A stretch of DNA of 63,548 nucleotides, the filler included, from Lenisia limosa (lineage: Eukaryota; Protista; Breviatea), in assembly GCA_001655205.1 (NCBI GenBank). It is 6 parts of 6 records of this genome, joined end to end, with 100 filler letters (N's around TTAATTAATTAA, not from the genome) between each part and the next. Parts side by side here need not be neighbours in the genome. Positions count along the whole stretch, not along the records: positions 47,973 to 61,706 come from LPNZ01008991.1; 5 more parts are not named here. One strand, 5' to 3'. Made by a program: the position numbers and the translations under genes. Under the pieces are notes generated by a model. That model worked only from the letters and a program-made list of their open reading frames with translations, was not told the DNA's origin and did not search any database. Positions 49,591 to 61,806 of this stretch are shown piece after piece. Position 1 is the stretch's first letter; each line of letters starts with the position of its first letter.

Positions 49591-50020
49591 ATGGGAAACC
49601 AGTTTGGTTGGGATAGATCAGGGATGGATGTGACAATATTGCCAAGACGTGTTTGTCATATTTGAGGTGAATCTTTATTAGTTCACTGTTTCGACATCAT
49701 AGTCGGACAAATATGATTACTGATGGCTTAATGGGATATACATGTATCCAATATGATGCAGACTTGAGGGATATTCACAGTATGATGCAGACTTGAGCAT
49801 GGCTGAAGGAAGAGCTGTTTTCTCTTTTCTGACCCCCCCCCCCCCNNNNNNNNNNNNNNNNNNNNNNNNNNNNNNNNNNNNNNNNNNNNNNNNNNNNNNN
49901 NNNNNNNNNNNNNNNNNNNNNNNNNNNNNNNNNNNNNNCATCTTCGCACCCATGGTTTCTGTTCTTGCATATTCTCTTGATTTATTTGACTAATTTAATC
50001 TCATCCTTGGCTTTCTATTT

Positions 50021-50092
50021 GGGGCGTCACTTTCGGTTCCAATTTCTCTGAATTACCGGGGAGAATCATCCTGGAATTCAACGTGAAGCCCT
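50021..50092. mobile_element. MITE family B, degenerate copy
   Basis: GGGGCGTCACTTTCGGTTCC ... CAACGTGAAGCCCT. Confidence 0.55.
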
Positions 50093-50275
50093 GTCAATAC
50101 TCCGGTTAGAGTAGCAAGTAGTCTCGAAGTTCAAATAAAACTATGAGAAAAAGCAATGAGAATGCATTCATGAAAGCTCACACTATGAATTAGTCCCCTC
50201 CAATTGAATCATTTGTGCTAGATTCTCTATTAATATTAAATACTTGGTAACTTCAAGCATAAGCTATTGCGAACT

Positions 50276-53200
50276 TCAATGCTTAGACCTTGGCTTGCCG
50301 CAATTGATACAGTGTTCACTCTTTCGAGGGTTTTCCTCGAATCCTCGTTTACAGAGTGCTACATTTGTTATTGAAGGGATATTTGGATTGATTTGGTTAT
50401 CTAGGGTATAAGTCTGGACCAATTGTTCTGAACGGTAATATGATTCTATCGATCACGGCTTTTGTATAGATATCAAATGAGAAAAGTTAGTATACTATGT
50501 AATTTCACCAGTAACACTCACAAGGAGGTTTGGCTTGATGCCCGAGTTTGAATCCCTGTTCCTTGGCTAAATCGGTGATAATTTCAAAAAGCAAAATTTT
50601 GAATCTTGGAAACTATTTGAATGTCTTCACGAGTTAATTGGTATTTGAATCTTCGGAATAAATTAAGAATAAATTTGGTAAAGTAAAACGGACAAATATA
50701 TATGTTTCTAGAATTCAGGCTGAACTGCAAGAAAAGTTCTACCGTTCAACCAGGATCCACGGTTTACCCTCAAACGTTTCGTTGTTTCGTGCTGAGCTTT
50801 CTTGCGGCCGCAGTTCATGCACTCTGCAGGCTTCCGTGGATTCTCAGTGAAGCCGTATTTGCATGACACGTGTCGAGTTGTTGGCGAAGACTAAATTGAG
50901 AAGGGTATTATGATGCCATCACTCCAATTTGGAACCAAAGTGAAAAAAACCCTCAATACTCCCATCGAGGATATTGACTTTTTTCTTTTATAGTCACTAC
51001 AGAACTACATAGTAGAAATGTAATAAAACATGATATTAAACATAAGATATAACATTTGAGACTGCATCAACTCAAATTTTGTGTTTTTGAATAATACTTC
51101 GAAACACGTTAAATACTAAAAGCCATAGCTATATATGAAAACACAATGTAATTTCAAGTTCTCACTCAAATATAAATATTACAAAAGATATTCATAACTT
51201 ATCACAGTATGCTAAAGTCAATGCAATATTAACTTGAAATGATATCGGTCTAAAAGAGCCATAACAAAGAAACTTGTTACATTACATAATACATTGTAAG
51301 TTCGAGAAGTATTAAGACAGAAACCAGTTGCAATAGCATTGTTTTGCCTTTTCATATCATTAGCATAGCCCTTACAGTTGCAAGCATTATTCCTTCTGAT
51401 GTGGAAAGGATCTATATGAATTGATGTGGGTTATGTGTTGTTGATCAAAGGATAATTTCACTACCCTATAATATCAAAATAATATTCACAAGCGATTAGT
51501 TAGGGAGCTGAGTGGCAAACTAAAGTGACGTGCGGATAGTTTTCTTCAACAACATCTTTAACTTACCGTATTTGGAAATTCACCTTAGGGTAAAAATTGT
51601 ATTTTGGTATAACAATCCCCATATTTTTTCTGGGCACAAACATTTCCCCAGGTGCGGAACCAACAACCGAAAAAGAGAAAGAGCTGAGAAAAAAGCTCTT
51701 TCCTTTTTGTCACAGATAGACATTTACCAAATCTCTCCCCACCAACCTTGACCCAACTAACTACACCAATGGTCAAACACAATAACAAAGCCATCACAAA
51801 ATGAATGTTGCCAAATTTGAATGTCCGATTTGTCACAACGTGACCTTTTTGTTGAACCTGTAACCAACACATGCGGACACACTCTCTGTGAAGACCATCT
51901 CCAGAGAGTGGATAAGGTTAAATCTGGCTAAATCTACTCCAGAGGCGGTTTTTTGTGAACGTTTGATGACTTTGACCAATTATTCGATAAGGTTTACCTG
52001 ACCGGGTTACTACTGGTACTCTTTATATCGTTTGCTTCGATTTTGATTGAAACAACAATGTTCTAACCTGAGAGAATTTGGCTCATTCAAATGTAACCCC
52101 CATTTGTACCGTAGACAGGGTATGTTCCTGCCTTTCTGTGTGACCTTGTACAACTTTATATTAATTTAAACAAAATAGCACCATAACAATGCAGATAGCA
52201 ATTGAATTTTAAATAACAAACAAAAAATGCTTAGAGTAACAGAAATGCCTGAAAGAGAGGATTGTATGCAAGGCAGATTGTACTGCTGTATTAATTGTGT
52301 TTTTCAAAATCTATGCAGCAGCCTTTTGCCTTTGCTGTGTAATATATAACTAACACTCTATGAATCGTTAAAAGTCATGAATTATAATAGTTTAATTTTT
52401 TGAAATTTGATTTTGCCATGATCTGGATGAATATTGCTATTGATGACGTGTACCTTAGCTTGCTTCAAATCAATATGGTTGGAGGATTACAAACTTCTTG
52501 CTGCTATTACAAAACTGCATCCAATAATGGCTTTGGCCTGATACTGCCTTGTTTTCTCATTTCAACTTAGACATGTGTACCAAGGAATTGCCAGATCTCT
52601 TTCGGACGTCCTTTTATACAACAAAGTAGGAAAATTTCAAAAAAAAATATCGTCAACTATTTTCTAATTAAGTTGCTCTTTGGAGAAAAATATAAGTGTG
52701 CGCAGTTATTAACAATGCCCCTTCCGGAAAGCAGTGTTTATATTTTGTTAGAGAGACCTCAGCAAGACTCTTCACAACCTGTCCAATCAGAAAGGCAAAC
52801 TAATTCTGGACGCGGCTTACGGTCTTCGTGACATTCACAGACAAAACATGATTCACCACGTTATCAAACCGACAAACGTCTTCTTTGAAGAGGTGAGGCA
52901 TGCGATGTCAAGAATTTACTACCATTTTATCACAGTCATGAAATATTTTGTGTTACACATTAATAATGTCATCCTGATTGATACTACCATGCCGGAGGCG
53001 CAATATTTATACGGTTTTTTCTTTCTAGGAAATAAGGAGGACGAGTTGTTGAGCTCTTGTGATGTGGTGACAAATAGCGGACTGTTAAGATATTAGGATC
53101 TACAATAGTATATAAGCTATTTTTTTCAGCTCAGATATAACTGTTATTTCTTAATACAATATCGAAATTTATTCTTCGTTTCTTAGAGAGGAACTACCAC

Positions 53201-56200
53201 TCTAGGTTGCTGGTGTTCTCTAGCCATTTACAATATGCAGTATATCATTTCTGTAATGAACTGCCTTTTTTTCCAATATATACTCTGAGTCTATTTTTGT
53301 GGATTTGAAAAAAGTAACCAAAAATGATCTTAACATGCAAATTCTTACTTTCTCATATTTCAAATAATAATAATAATACTGTCTCAGTTCAATTGTATTT
53401 TGTTTGATTCTTAATGTATACCCTTGACAAACCAGCCTTGTTTGAAGAAATGTATTCAAAAATGGAAGAGAAAGTTCAAAATTAAATCATAAAATGCAGA
53501 GAAGAAGAGAAATGAAATGTTAAAATCAGGAAAATTGAAAAAAAATAAAAAAAAACAAAACAAAGAGCTACTAAAAAACAAGTTGATAAGAGGAAATATT
53601 TTGTTGAAATGTTTGACCTTGATGAAATTTGAATGACCTAAAACGAGCCCGCCATGATGCCTTCTGGGAAGGGATCAATCCTAATGGGTCAGATTTATTA
53701 AACTATTAAATATGATATAGGTATTTTAAAATCAACGTGTTAATTAGAAAGTTTGCATCGGTACTACGGTGACTATTTTTGTCATCTTTTTGAACACAAA
53801 ACATTTCACAAAAATCGTAACTGTCAAATGTCACATGATTATATTGCCAAATTTGTTTTGAAAACAGTCAACAAAAAACAAATCAAAATTGAATGTGAAA
53901 ATAGAACAAAGTGTCATTGAAATATGACATCTCTTATGAATTGAAGCTTTTTCATCCCCAAACATGTCAGTATAGTGATATTGATGGGGCTCGTTGTGTA
54001 TTGAAGTTGGAAAAAAGACAAAGGGGTCAGGTTCCATAAACTAGACAAGTAAATTCGAGAATGTGATTACAAAACAGATAATTTATAAACAGTGGGACGC
54101 TCACTTCGTCAGTTGAGGGAGAGAGTTCCATTGTATCCATAATCGAATCGGTGGAATGGTTGCCTCCGAGATTGAAAAGCTCCAGCGGGATAACTAAACA
54201 ATAATAAGATCTTATGTGGTAAATATGAATATTATGAAGAGAGGGGAAATATGAAAGGAGTATTCAAAAAGCCATTGAGAAAGTGATTTCAAAATGAAGC
54301 TCATCAAGGCATTTGTCTTCCTACCTTGTTCTGGCGGTCCAAATAGGAATGCTGGCTCGGGCAATACAATTTCTTCGTCTATAGAACTGACCTAAAATGT
54401 CATTACAATATTATATTGTATATTTTTGCTGTCTTGTGAACTAAAAGCGACTTGCTAATTTATGTATTACTATACAATACCCCCGTGACCTGTCCAATAA
54501 GTCTATATGCACTACCGCCTTCATTCACTCGTGGTGACTGCGCATGCTCAACATAATCGCCAAGGGGCAAATGGGCCATGTCCTCCTGAATTGTCACAAA
54601 TCTACTGGGAAAATGGTAATTGTGTGTACTATTTTCTCCTATTGATAAGACACCTTTTTTTCATCATTTTGAGAGTTATCACCTTTGTCCAAATAATGAC
54701 ACCCATGCCCCCTGCCCACAATAAACGTGTTTGACAATGCCGAGTCACACCGGCTGATATCGTTTGTTCTGTCGCTGATCGAAGAGAATCGGTTGCTCCT
54801 GACAGGGTTATGGCTTTTATACATGAAAACCTGTATTAAATGAGAGACTCTCAAGAGACATGGTAAACATAAGTATAAATGAGTTAAAGGTTACTAAGAG
54901 ATGTTCAAAAGAGTAAATGTGTAATTTACTTAATTATTTGCCTTTATGACAACAACAATTGCCTTTATAAGATTTACTCACTGATTGGATTCACTGTGAA
55001 ATGAGAGCATTTCAAGATCATCTGTGCTGCTGAAGCTTTCAGAGAGACTATCTCGGTAGCTACACAATAAGAAAGAATCAATATTTGGTCATTTTCACCC
55101 CATTTCCCGCTCAGTGGTATGATGTGTAGTATCCAATCGTATGCTGATTGATTGAAAAGCCCCAATGATACTGGAACACTTGTAAATCCATGCTATCTCC
55201 TTTCATTATTCTACTTGAAAACCGATCATATGATCATGTCACTTGTGGATGATGGGATAACATATCCACAACAAAGACAACACCTAGATTCAAGCTGTTA
55301 TAAAACATTATTATGAGCAAAATTAATTGCAATCACACGATCAGCCAATATGGCAACAACGCAAGATAAAGCGAAGAAACCGGCAAACTTGAGATGGGAC
55401 AGGCTGAGATTGTCTTTTGTGAATGAGTGGGAGTCTTGAGGGGGATGCGCTAGACAAGTCAATGTTTTTCATTCATTATTTGAACTGGGTAGTGAAACAC
55501 TAGAATCTGAATTAGAGTTTAATTTCGAACTGGAAATAACAACCCAATCATCTTTGCAAAACAATATTCACTTCATAATAAATTTTGTAAAGCTCATTAT
55601 GCTTACAATGATGGGCGTGAGTAACAGGGGAGTTGGAGATGGATCGGGTTTGATGCGGCGTGTTGATTGGACTACTAGGCACGCTACTTGACTTCTGCGG
55701 GATCTTCTTGTTGATCAGCTTAGAGTAGTAGGACTCTGAAATGCTGTGGTGGCGCACGGTGTGGTTGGCCGGCCGTGATTTGGCAAATGACGTGAGAGCT
55801 GGGGCGAAGAGGGGACACACATTTGGCACGGAGGAGGATTGCTTCTGCTGGCGTTTTGGGAACTGGAAAGCAGTTAGAGTTATTGTTGTGTTCAAATAAA
55901 GGTAAGGTATATAATCTGAATTGCTGCTCAACAAGTTAACTTCTTACAGCAATTAGCAAGAACCATTAATAGTATCATGGCCAAGCATCAATTGACAAGT
56001 ATATTTCGACACCAAGGATAAATAAAAAAAGTTAAAGATGAAGGAGTAATACAAAGCCACACTTTGAATTCCAGATCGACAAACATATCGAATAATACTT
56101 TTGGAACCAAAGTGAAGCTCTGGTTCAATATTACCTGTCCAAACCCTCCAAAACCCTCCTGACCTTTTCTTGGATCTTTTTCTTGAACTCAGGAGTTTTG

Positions 56201-57416
56201 ATAATGTGGGATTTTACCTGGTGGGGGTGGATGAGGTTTTTGCTCAGAACACCAGGGAAATAGATAAGTTCAAAGAAGAAATGGTAAATACAACTTGACA
56301 TATTACTGCAAATTTTAAAATTTTAAAATTTATAACACACAAACCTTGAAGAAAATTAATACCATGTCCCAGTTAGCGTAACCAAACAATGATAAATTGA
56401 AAATGTCAACTGTTACCCAGCTTATTATTGGTGTTACCTCGTATAACATGGGTTCTTCTTATCTTTCCATTTTACCAAATAGCGCATCTTACCGTCGTGG
56501 CTTCACTGGCCGGTACTAAGACATTGGAAGCACTCTTCTTCTTCTTATTGGCCGAGATCTCAAACTCCACACTAAACAATTACAAAGTTCTGATGAACAA
56601 AGGGGCAATTAACCCTTGGGTTTTATAACCAAAGAAGGTTTGTTGAGAGTGATTTGGAATCTTTACAAAATGTGTGTTCAAAGACATGTAAGATAACCCC
56701 AAAAAAGAAGGCACAAGGAAGAACCTTACACAAGGCCCGGTCCCCAGCACCCCCTTGCAAACCTATGGAAAGTAAAGGCTCCTGCTGCGCATTCAGGTTT
56801 GTTTCTCATGGTGTTGATTTTGGAGTGTAGCTCTGCAATCGTAAGCTGGACAGAGAGATTTTGGAGCTTTGACTGAGCGTGTGCTATTTGTCCGAAAGCG
56901 AAAAATGAGGGTTAACAGCGGAATTGTCATGAAATTCCAAGAATCATCAAATATAAGCTAATGTAATATTAAATTGCGGGTAACGCACCTTAATGGCAGA
57001 GAAGAGCACACACCAGAATCCAAAGACAGTTTTGCAAAAGGTATCGAATAAAGGTACCAAACAAGGAAGGTTCAAGAAAGGAAGGTCAGCAGGTTCGATT
57101 TGTAATCTTCTAATCCCGGTGAAAAATACGTGAAATCCAGCATTATGTTTTACAATGAGCAATATATAGGGTTCCGGGAAGACTGACGCTCAAAAGACCC
57201 GGTTTTCTTCTAGCTAGACCCTGAATCCCAGTAAAAGAAAACGAGGGAACCCGATATAAGCGCTTTTCTTCTTTAAATTTAATTCTACGTAACTTTAATT
57301 TGATAATTTTCGAAGGGAAACGGAAAATGAGCATCCTGTCCTCTTGGCAGACATTCACCATTGAGCTTTTGAGATCTTGGATGGATGTTCCTCTTTTTTG
57401 GGGTTTTTTTATTCAT
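50276..57416 (-). CDS. Large unidentified multi-exon protein with a coiled coil and two C-terminal Cys/His (zinc-finger-like) motifs
   Basis: Inferred first exon MNKKNPKKRNIHPRSQKLN; coiled coil AHAQSKLQNLSVQLTIAELHSKINTMR; S/P-rich middle; C-terminal CKYGFTENPRKPAECMNCGRKKAQH and CKRGFEENPRKSEHCINCGKPRSKH* (TGA 50276-50278). It may be more than one gene. Confidence 0.55.
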
Positions 57417-57476
57417 GCCACTTAAAATCTGCACCACAACCATTTTTTAAAATTTTTTTAGTAATTAGTGTCAAGA

Positions 57477-60228
57477 ATGAAGAGAGTTATAGCTTTAGTT
57501 GCATTGCTCATATCACTTACCTCTCATCTTGTAGCTTCTGAGATTGGTAAGTGTTACATTATGTTGTATATTCCTAATCCAAGTCTAAATATAGTAGTAT
57601 AACTATTATTTAAGCGATTTTCCAAATTCACAAATTAGTTCCTGGATGCAAACCGCACAGTCCTCATGTTAACGCGATTGATACGAAAGTTAAGCTACTT
57701 CCAGGCACAAAAGTGGATAACTATGTCTTAAAACTGAAGGTTTGCTCTTTCCCTGAATTCTGTCTTTTAATATAAGCCCTCTTCTACGATAAAACTCCTT
57801 TAAATAAATAATATTCAAGAGTGTACTCACTTTTGCAACACTCCTACCTTGTTAGCTGTTCTTCCCCGTGTCTTTCCATTTTATTGATCTGACATACATT
57901 TATCGATAGTTTGCTGATAACTGATTAACTACGGAAAGCCATCTACAACAAAGTTGAAAGCTTCTAGTATTCTATTTTTTTGTATAATTATGATTTGTAT
58001 TTTCAACTCCGCAGCTCGGCCTACCCAGCCACCATGACCCTGAGCTGATTAGTCTGACTTTGAGAGCTCTCGACCCCAAATTCAAGGAGCCGGGGTGAGT
58101 AGCTGAGCTTTTGGGCTTTTTCATCATTGTTCAAATTTTACTTCTCCCAGACCACACTGCATGTACACCCCAGGAGCCAACGGAGGGTCAGCCGTCTGGA
58201 ACCGCGAGGCTGATGTCGAGACCTGCTCCTGGATTTACACTAGCGAAATCCCTTGGGCTAAGGCCAAAAGTGGGTGCTCGTTTCGGTGGATGCGTTGAAT
58301 TCATTTCTCCCTAAAATCGACCTTTTTGACATATCTGTTGTTGTTAAGCAGTATGCCTGTATTGAAGAATAGGAGTAATCACATACAGAGTTCTGTGGCC
58401 TGTCACCGAGTGAACAAAGTGACGACGAAATCCTCTTCTACCCGGGAGAGGTAGGCCTGTATATTACACAACATAAGGGAGGTGTGCTTGAACTATCCTG
58501 AATAGCACCAGTAACATTGGGGGTAAGACTCACCAAAAAATATAACAGCTAATAAACAGATAGTTAAATGTCCCAAAATAAACCTCAAAAATACTTGACA
58601 TTTTCAGCTGAGCGTCAAGTACAAGATTCCTCTCGACATCAAGCTTGGCATTTACCGTACCGTGCAAACCGGCCTCAAATTCAATGTCAGCATCGGGCTT
58701 CAGGGCTTCAGGCAGTATTGAGGAAAATTATCGATAAGATGTGAAACTTTCAAATCTGAAAAAGTTTTGGTGAAATAGCGTGGAGAACTTTTGTGTCATA
58801 TGAACTGTAATGCAAATAAATGGGAGAAATTATCATTGTGAAGTAATTAGTATATTTTATAAGCGTAATGGCAAGGAAGACTTTTACTAGTGGCATGCTC
58901 CAGAGTTGACTTCTTCAGATCCGGTTCCCTAAGGAATTAGACAGAGACCAAGAGACCCATAGACAGATGTTGAACTTCGAGTTTGACCCAAATAAGCCCT
59001 TTGTTGCCGGCGATTTGGATGAGGGTTTGAGAGGGTATTGCAATTTGGATGAGGGTTTGAGAGGGTACTGAGATTGGAATGACATTTAAACAAAACTGAA
59101 ATATTCTGAACCAATAAATAATGACATCACCACTCACATTTCAGAGGGACGTCCTACCACTGCTAAGCAACAGTTTACTATTACCAGAAATGCCGTGAGT
59201 GGATTGTTTTCATAAAAAATAGACAACAGACTGTACACTGAAGATATATTTAGCTATGTATTAGTGAAAAAGAGGACCCTGGCCGAAGCTATCCCCCCAT
59301 TTCAGGTCCTCCAAATTCGAATAATATTGAAAATACATGACAAAGAGTCATGATTTTACTTGCCAACATTCTACGTCATTTTCGCATTGATACACCATAA
59401 CTTGAAATCCTCAACCCTCAAAAATGGTTTTCTTGATAAATCTTCAAAACACCTTGATAATTTCATTGTCATTTTCATCTGTCAGTACTTACCAAAACAG
59501 GAAGGCACACTTACCAAAACGGGAAAGCACACTTACCACAATAGGAAACAGGAAGGCACACTTACCAAAACAGGAAACAGGAAGGCACACTTACCAAAAC
59601 AGGATGGTGACCAGACTATTGAGGCCGCTGGCGTACCTCTGGAAAGCACGGATGCAGGTGAACCCGATCCCGANNNNNNNNNNNNNNNNNNNNNNNNNNN
59701 NNNNNNNNNNNNNNNNNNNNNNNNNNNNNNNTACAAGCTATAACATTACCAGGCTACCATGCCCGCGGATTCCATCCCTCTGGAGAGCACAGACGCAGGG
59801 GAACCCGATCCAGATGTCATGAAAGATGTGGGGGGATGAATGGCAACTGCATATAATGAAGCCCCTCTAACAATTCTCGATAAATCGATATTCTCTTTTT
59901 GTAAAATGAATCTTCAATTACAACAGTAACAGATATTTGATGAAGAGCAACTGGATATAACTCGAACAAGTCTCTATAAATGAATATTCTCTCCAAGTGC
60001 CCACTTTTTCCAGGCCACCATGCCCGCGGATTCAATCCCTCTGGAGAGCACAGACGCAGGGGAACCCGATCCGGATGTCATGAAGGATGTACAAGGGGGG
60101 GGGTGGATTGATATTGATGATGTTCTGGTAACTTTTGAGTATGTTTCTAAGCTTAGCAGGCCACTGTGTCGGCGGACTCCATCCCCGTTGACAGCACCGA
60201 GGCTGAGGTCGACTCTGATGCCTTGTAA
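57477..60228 (+). CDS. Unidentified secreted/surface protein with C-terminal acidic repeats encoded by duplicated 75-nt exons
   Basis: Signal peptide MKRVIALVALLISLTSHLVASEI; exons PHCMYTPGANGGSAVWNREADVETCSWIYTSEIPWAKAK, LSVKYKIPLDIKLGIYRTVQTGLKFN, IRFPKELDRDQETHRQ; then ATMPADSIPLESTDAGEPDPDVMKD x2 and ATVSADSIPVDSTEAEVDSDAL* (TAA 60226-60228). Confidence 0.75.
59487..59602 (+). repeat. Imperfect 22-29-nt tandem repeat at a 3' splice site
   Basis: Unit (GGAAACA)GGAAGGCACACTTACCAAAACAG, about five partial copies, ending at the acceptor AG 59601-59602. Confidence 0.9.
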
Positions 60229-60599
60229 CTGTAGGCCTGTGATATGTACATGTAATATATATATGATATATGATACATGTATTATATTATATTACTTATA
60301 TTATACATTATAGCGAAATTCATTGATATCATACGAACTTATTTTGTTCCTACTTTAGATAGGTTCTGTTTTACCAATTATTTTTGGANNNNNNNNNNNN
60401 NNNNNNNNNNNNNNNNNNNNNNNNNNNNNNNNNNNNNNNNNNNNNNNNNNNNNNNNNNNNNNNNNNNNNNNNNNNNNNNNNNNNNNNNNNNNNNNNNNNN
60501 NNNNNNNNNNNNNNNNNNNNNNNNNNNNNNNNNNNNNNNNNNNNNNNNNNGCAAAATATCAAGAATATTATGATAAAATCGGTTTTTTGAGGTGGGACC

Positions 60600-61700
60600 A
60601 AAAGGGATACCAAATTTTGACGGATTACCCCCGTCACTCGGTCTTTCCCTACTATGATGTGAATGAAGAGTACACTAATATGAAGCGTTTACCCCGTCAC
60701 CACACACACCCTAAAAATACGACAGATTTCGCCCCCATCTGAATACATTGAGGAACTTCATCATCAAAGAAAGGGTAATACAAGACATTGGTTATATAAC
60801 AGAAGCAGACCAGTCACACACTGTATCTGGAGAATGAGTCGAGTCTCTTTTGAAAAAGAGAACGATAAAGAATGAAAATTGCATATTCCTTACAACACAA
60901 CCAAATGAGAAAAATGGATTCCAAGATGATGGTGAGACAAAATCCGAAAAAACACAATTTGTTTTCCACTTGAAACGTTCTTAAAGAGTACCATGCCGTA
61001 AAAATCACATAATAAAAATTGAAACAGGGGAAGTAGTAGATAGAGAGCCTAGCCTACAGAATAATAATATACCGACAAATTGAGGGAGTTGAGGCGAGGC
61101 TTAGCATGTAGGAGCGGTCCTATCCGCTCCTGGAAAAGGGGGGGGGGGTAAAATTGGAAAATTATGAAACAAAAAAACCCAAAATCATCTCTGTTGGCTG
61201 ACAACACACGAGGGTTGATAACAACAAACAAAGCACAGGCCAATCGCTTCTACAGCACCGCATCGCATCACTCCAGCTTACAAAGAGATTATTATGTAGC
61301 ATTTCACTTTTACAAACGATCTAACACCTACCAGTTTCAGGCTCTCTCAGCGGCTCAATCATCATTGCCCCTTCACCCTGTTCTGGAAGGTTAGAACTAT
61401 AAGCATGAAATAGGCTTGTATGCAGAAATGCAGAAAACAATGGTGGTATCTAGGGCTTCCCTACGGTCCCAAAAAAGACTAAATTTCTCGATAAATCCTC
61501 GATAAATATCAATATTTTACCGGCCTTTTTTGGACCATAGGGAAGCCCTAATGGTATCTGACTAAAACCATCCCTTCCTTCCAGACTCCAATCTACCCTC
61601 TTCCCACCACCCCCACTTTCAGGAAGCGGAATTGATTCTACTTCTTCCAGCACAGCTCCGGAGATTGTTGGTACGATATCGCCTTCTTGGGGGGAGGGGG
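60600..61700 (-). CDS. 3' exons of an unidentified gene; 5' truncated
   Basis: GT-AG-bounded exons QEGDIVPTISGAVLEEVESIPLPE and ERIGPLLHAKPRLNSLNLS. Confidence 0.45.
61128..61277 (-). repeat. Intronic repeat family A, full copy ending at the 3' splice site
   Basis: Sense strand GCTGGAGTGATGCGATGCGGTGCTGTAGAAGCGATTGGCC...TCAGCCAACAGAGATGATTTTGG...TTTCATAATTTTCCAATTTACCCCCCCCCCCTTTTCCAG|exon. Confidence 0.85.
61451..61550. mobile_element. MITE family B, intact copy with near-perfect 8-bp target-site duplication
   Basis: TAGGGCTTCCCTACGGTCC ... GGACCATAGGGAAGCCCTA; flanks GTGGTATC / ATGGTATC. Confidence 0.88.
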
Positions 61701-61750
61701 TGAGAANNNNNNNNNNNNNNNNNNNNNNNNNNNNNNNNNNNNNNNNNNNN

Positions 61751-61762
61751 TTAATTAATTAA
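61751..61762. other. Artificial scaffold-joining spacer
   Basis: TTAATTAATTAA flanked by 44 N on each side. Confidence 0.97.
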
Positions 61763-61806
61763 NNNNNNNNNNNNNNNNNNNNNNNNNNNNNNNNNNNNNN
61801 NNNNNN

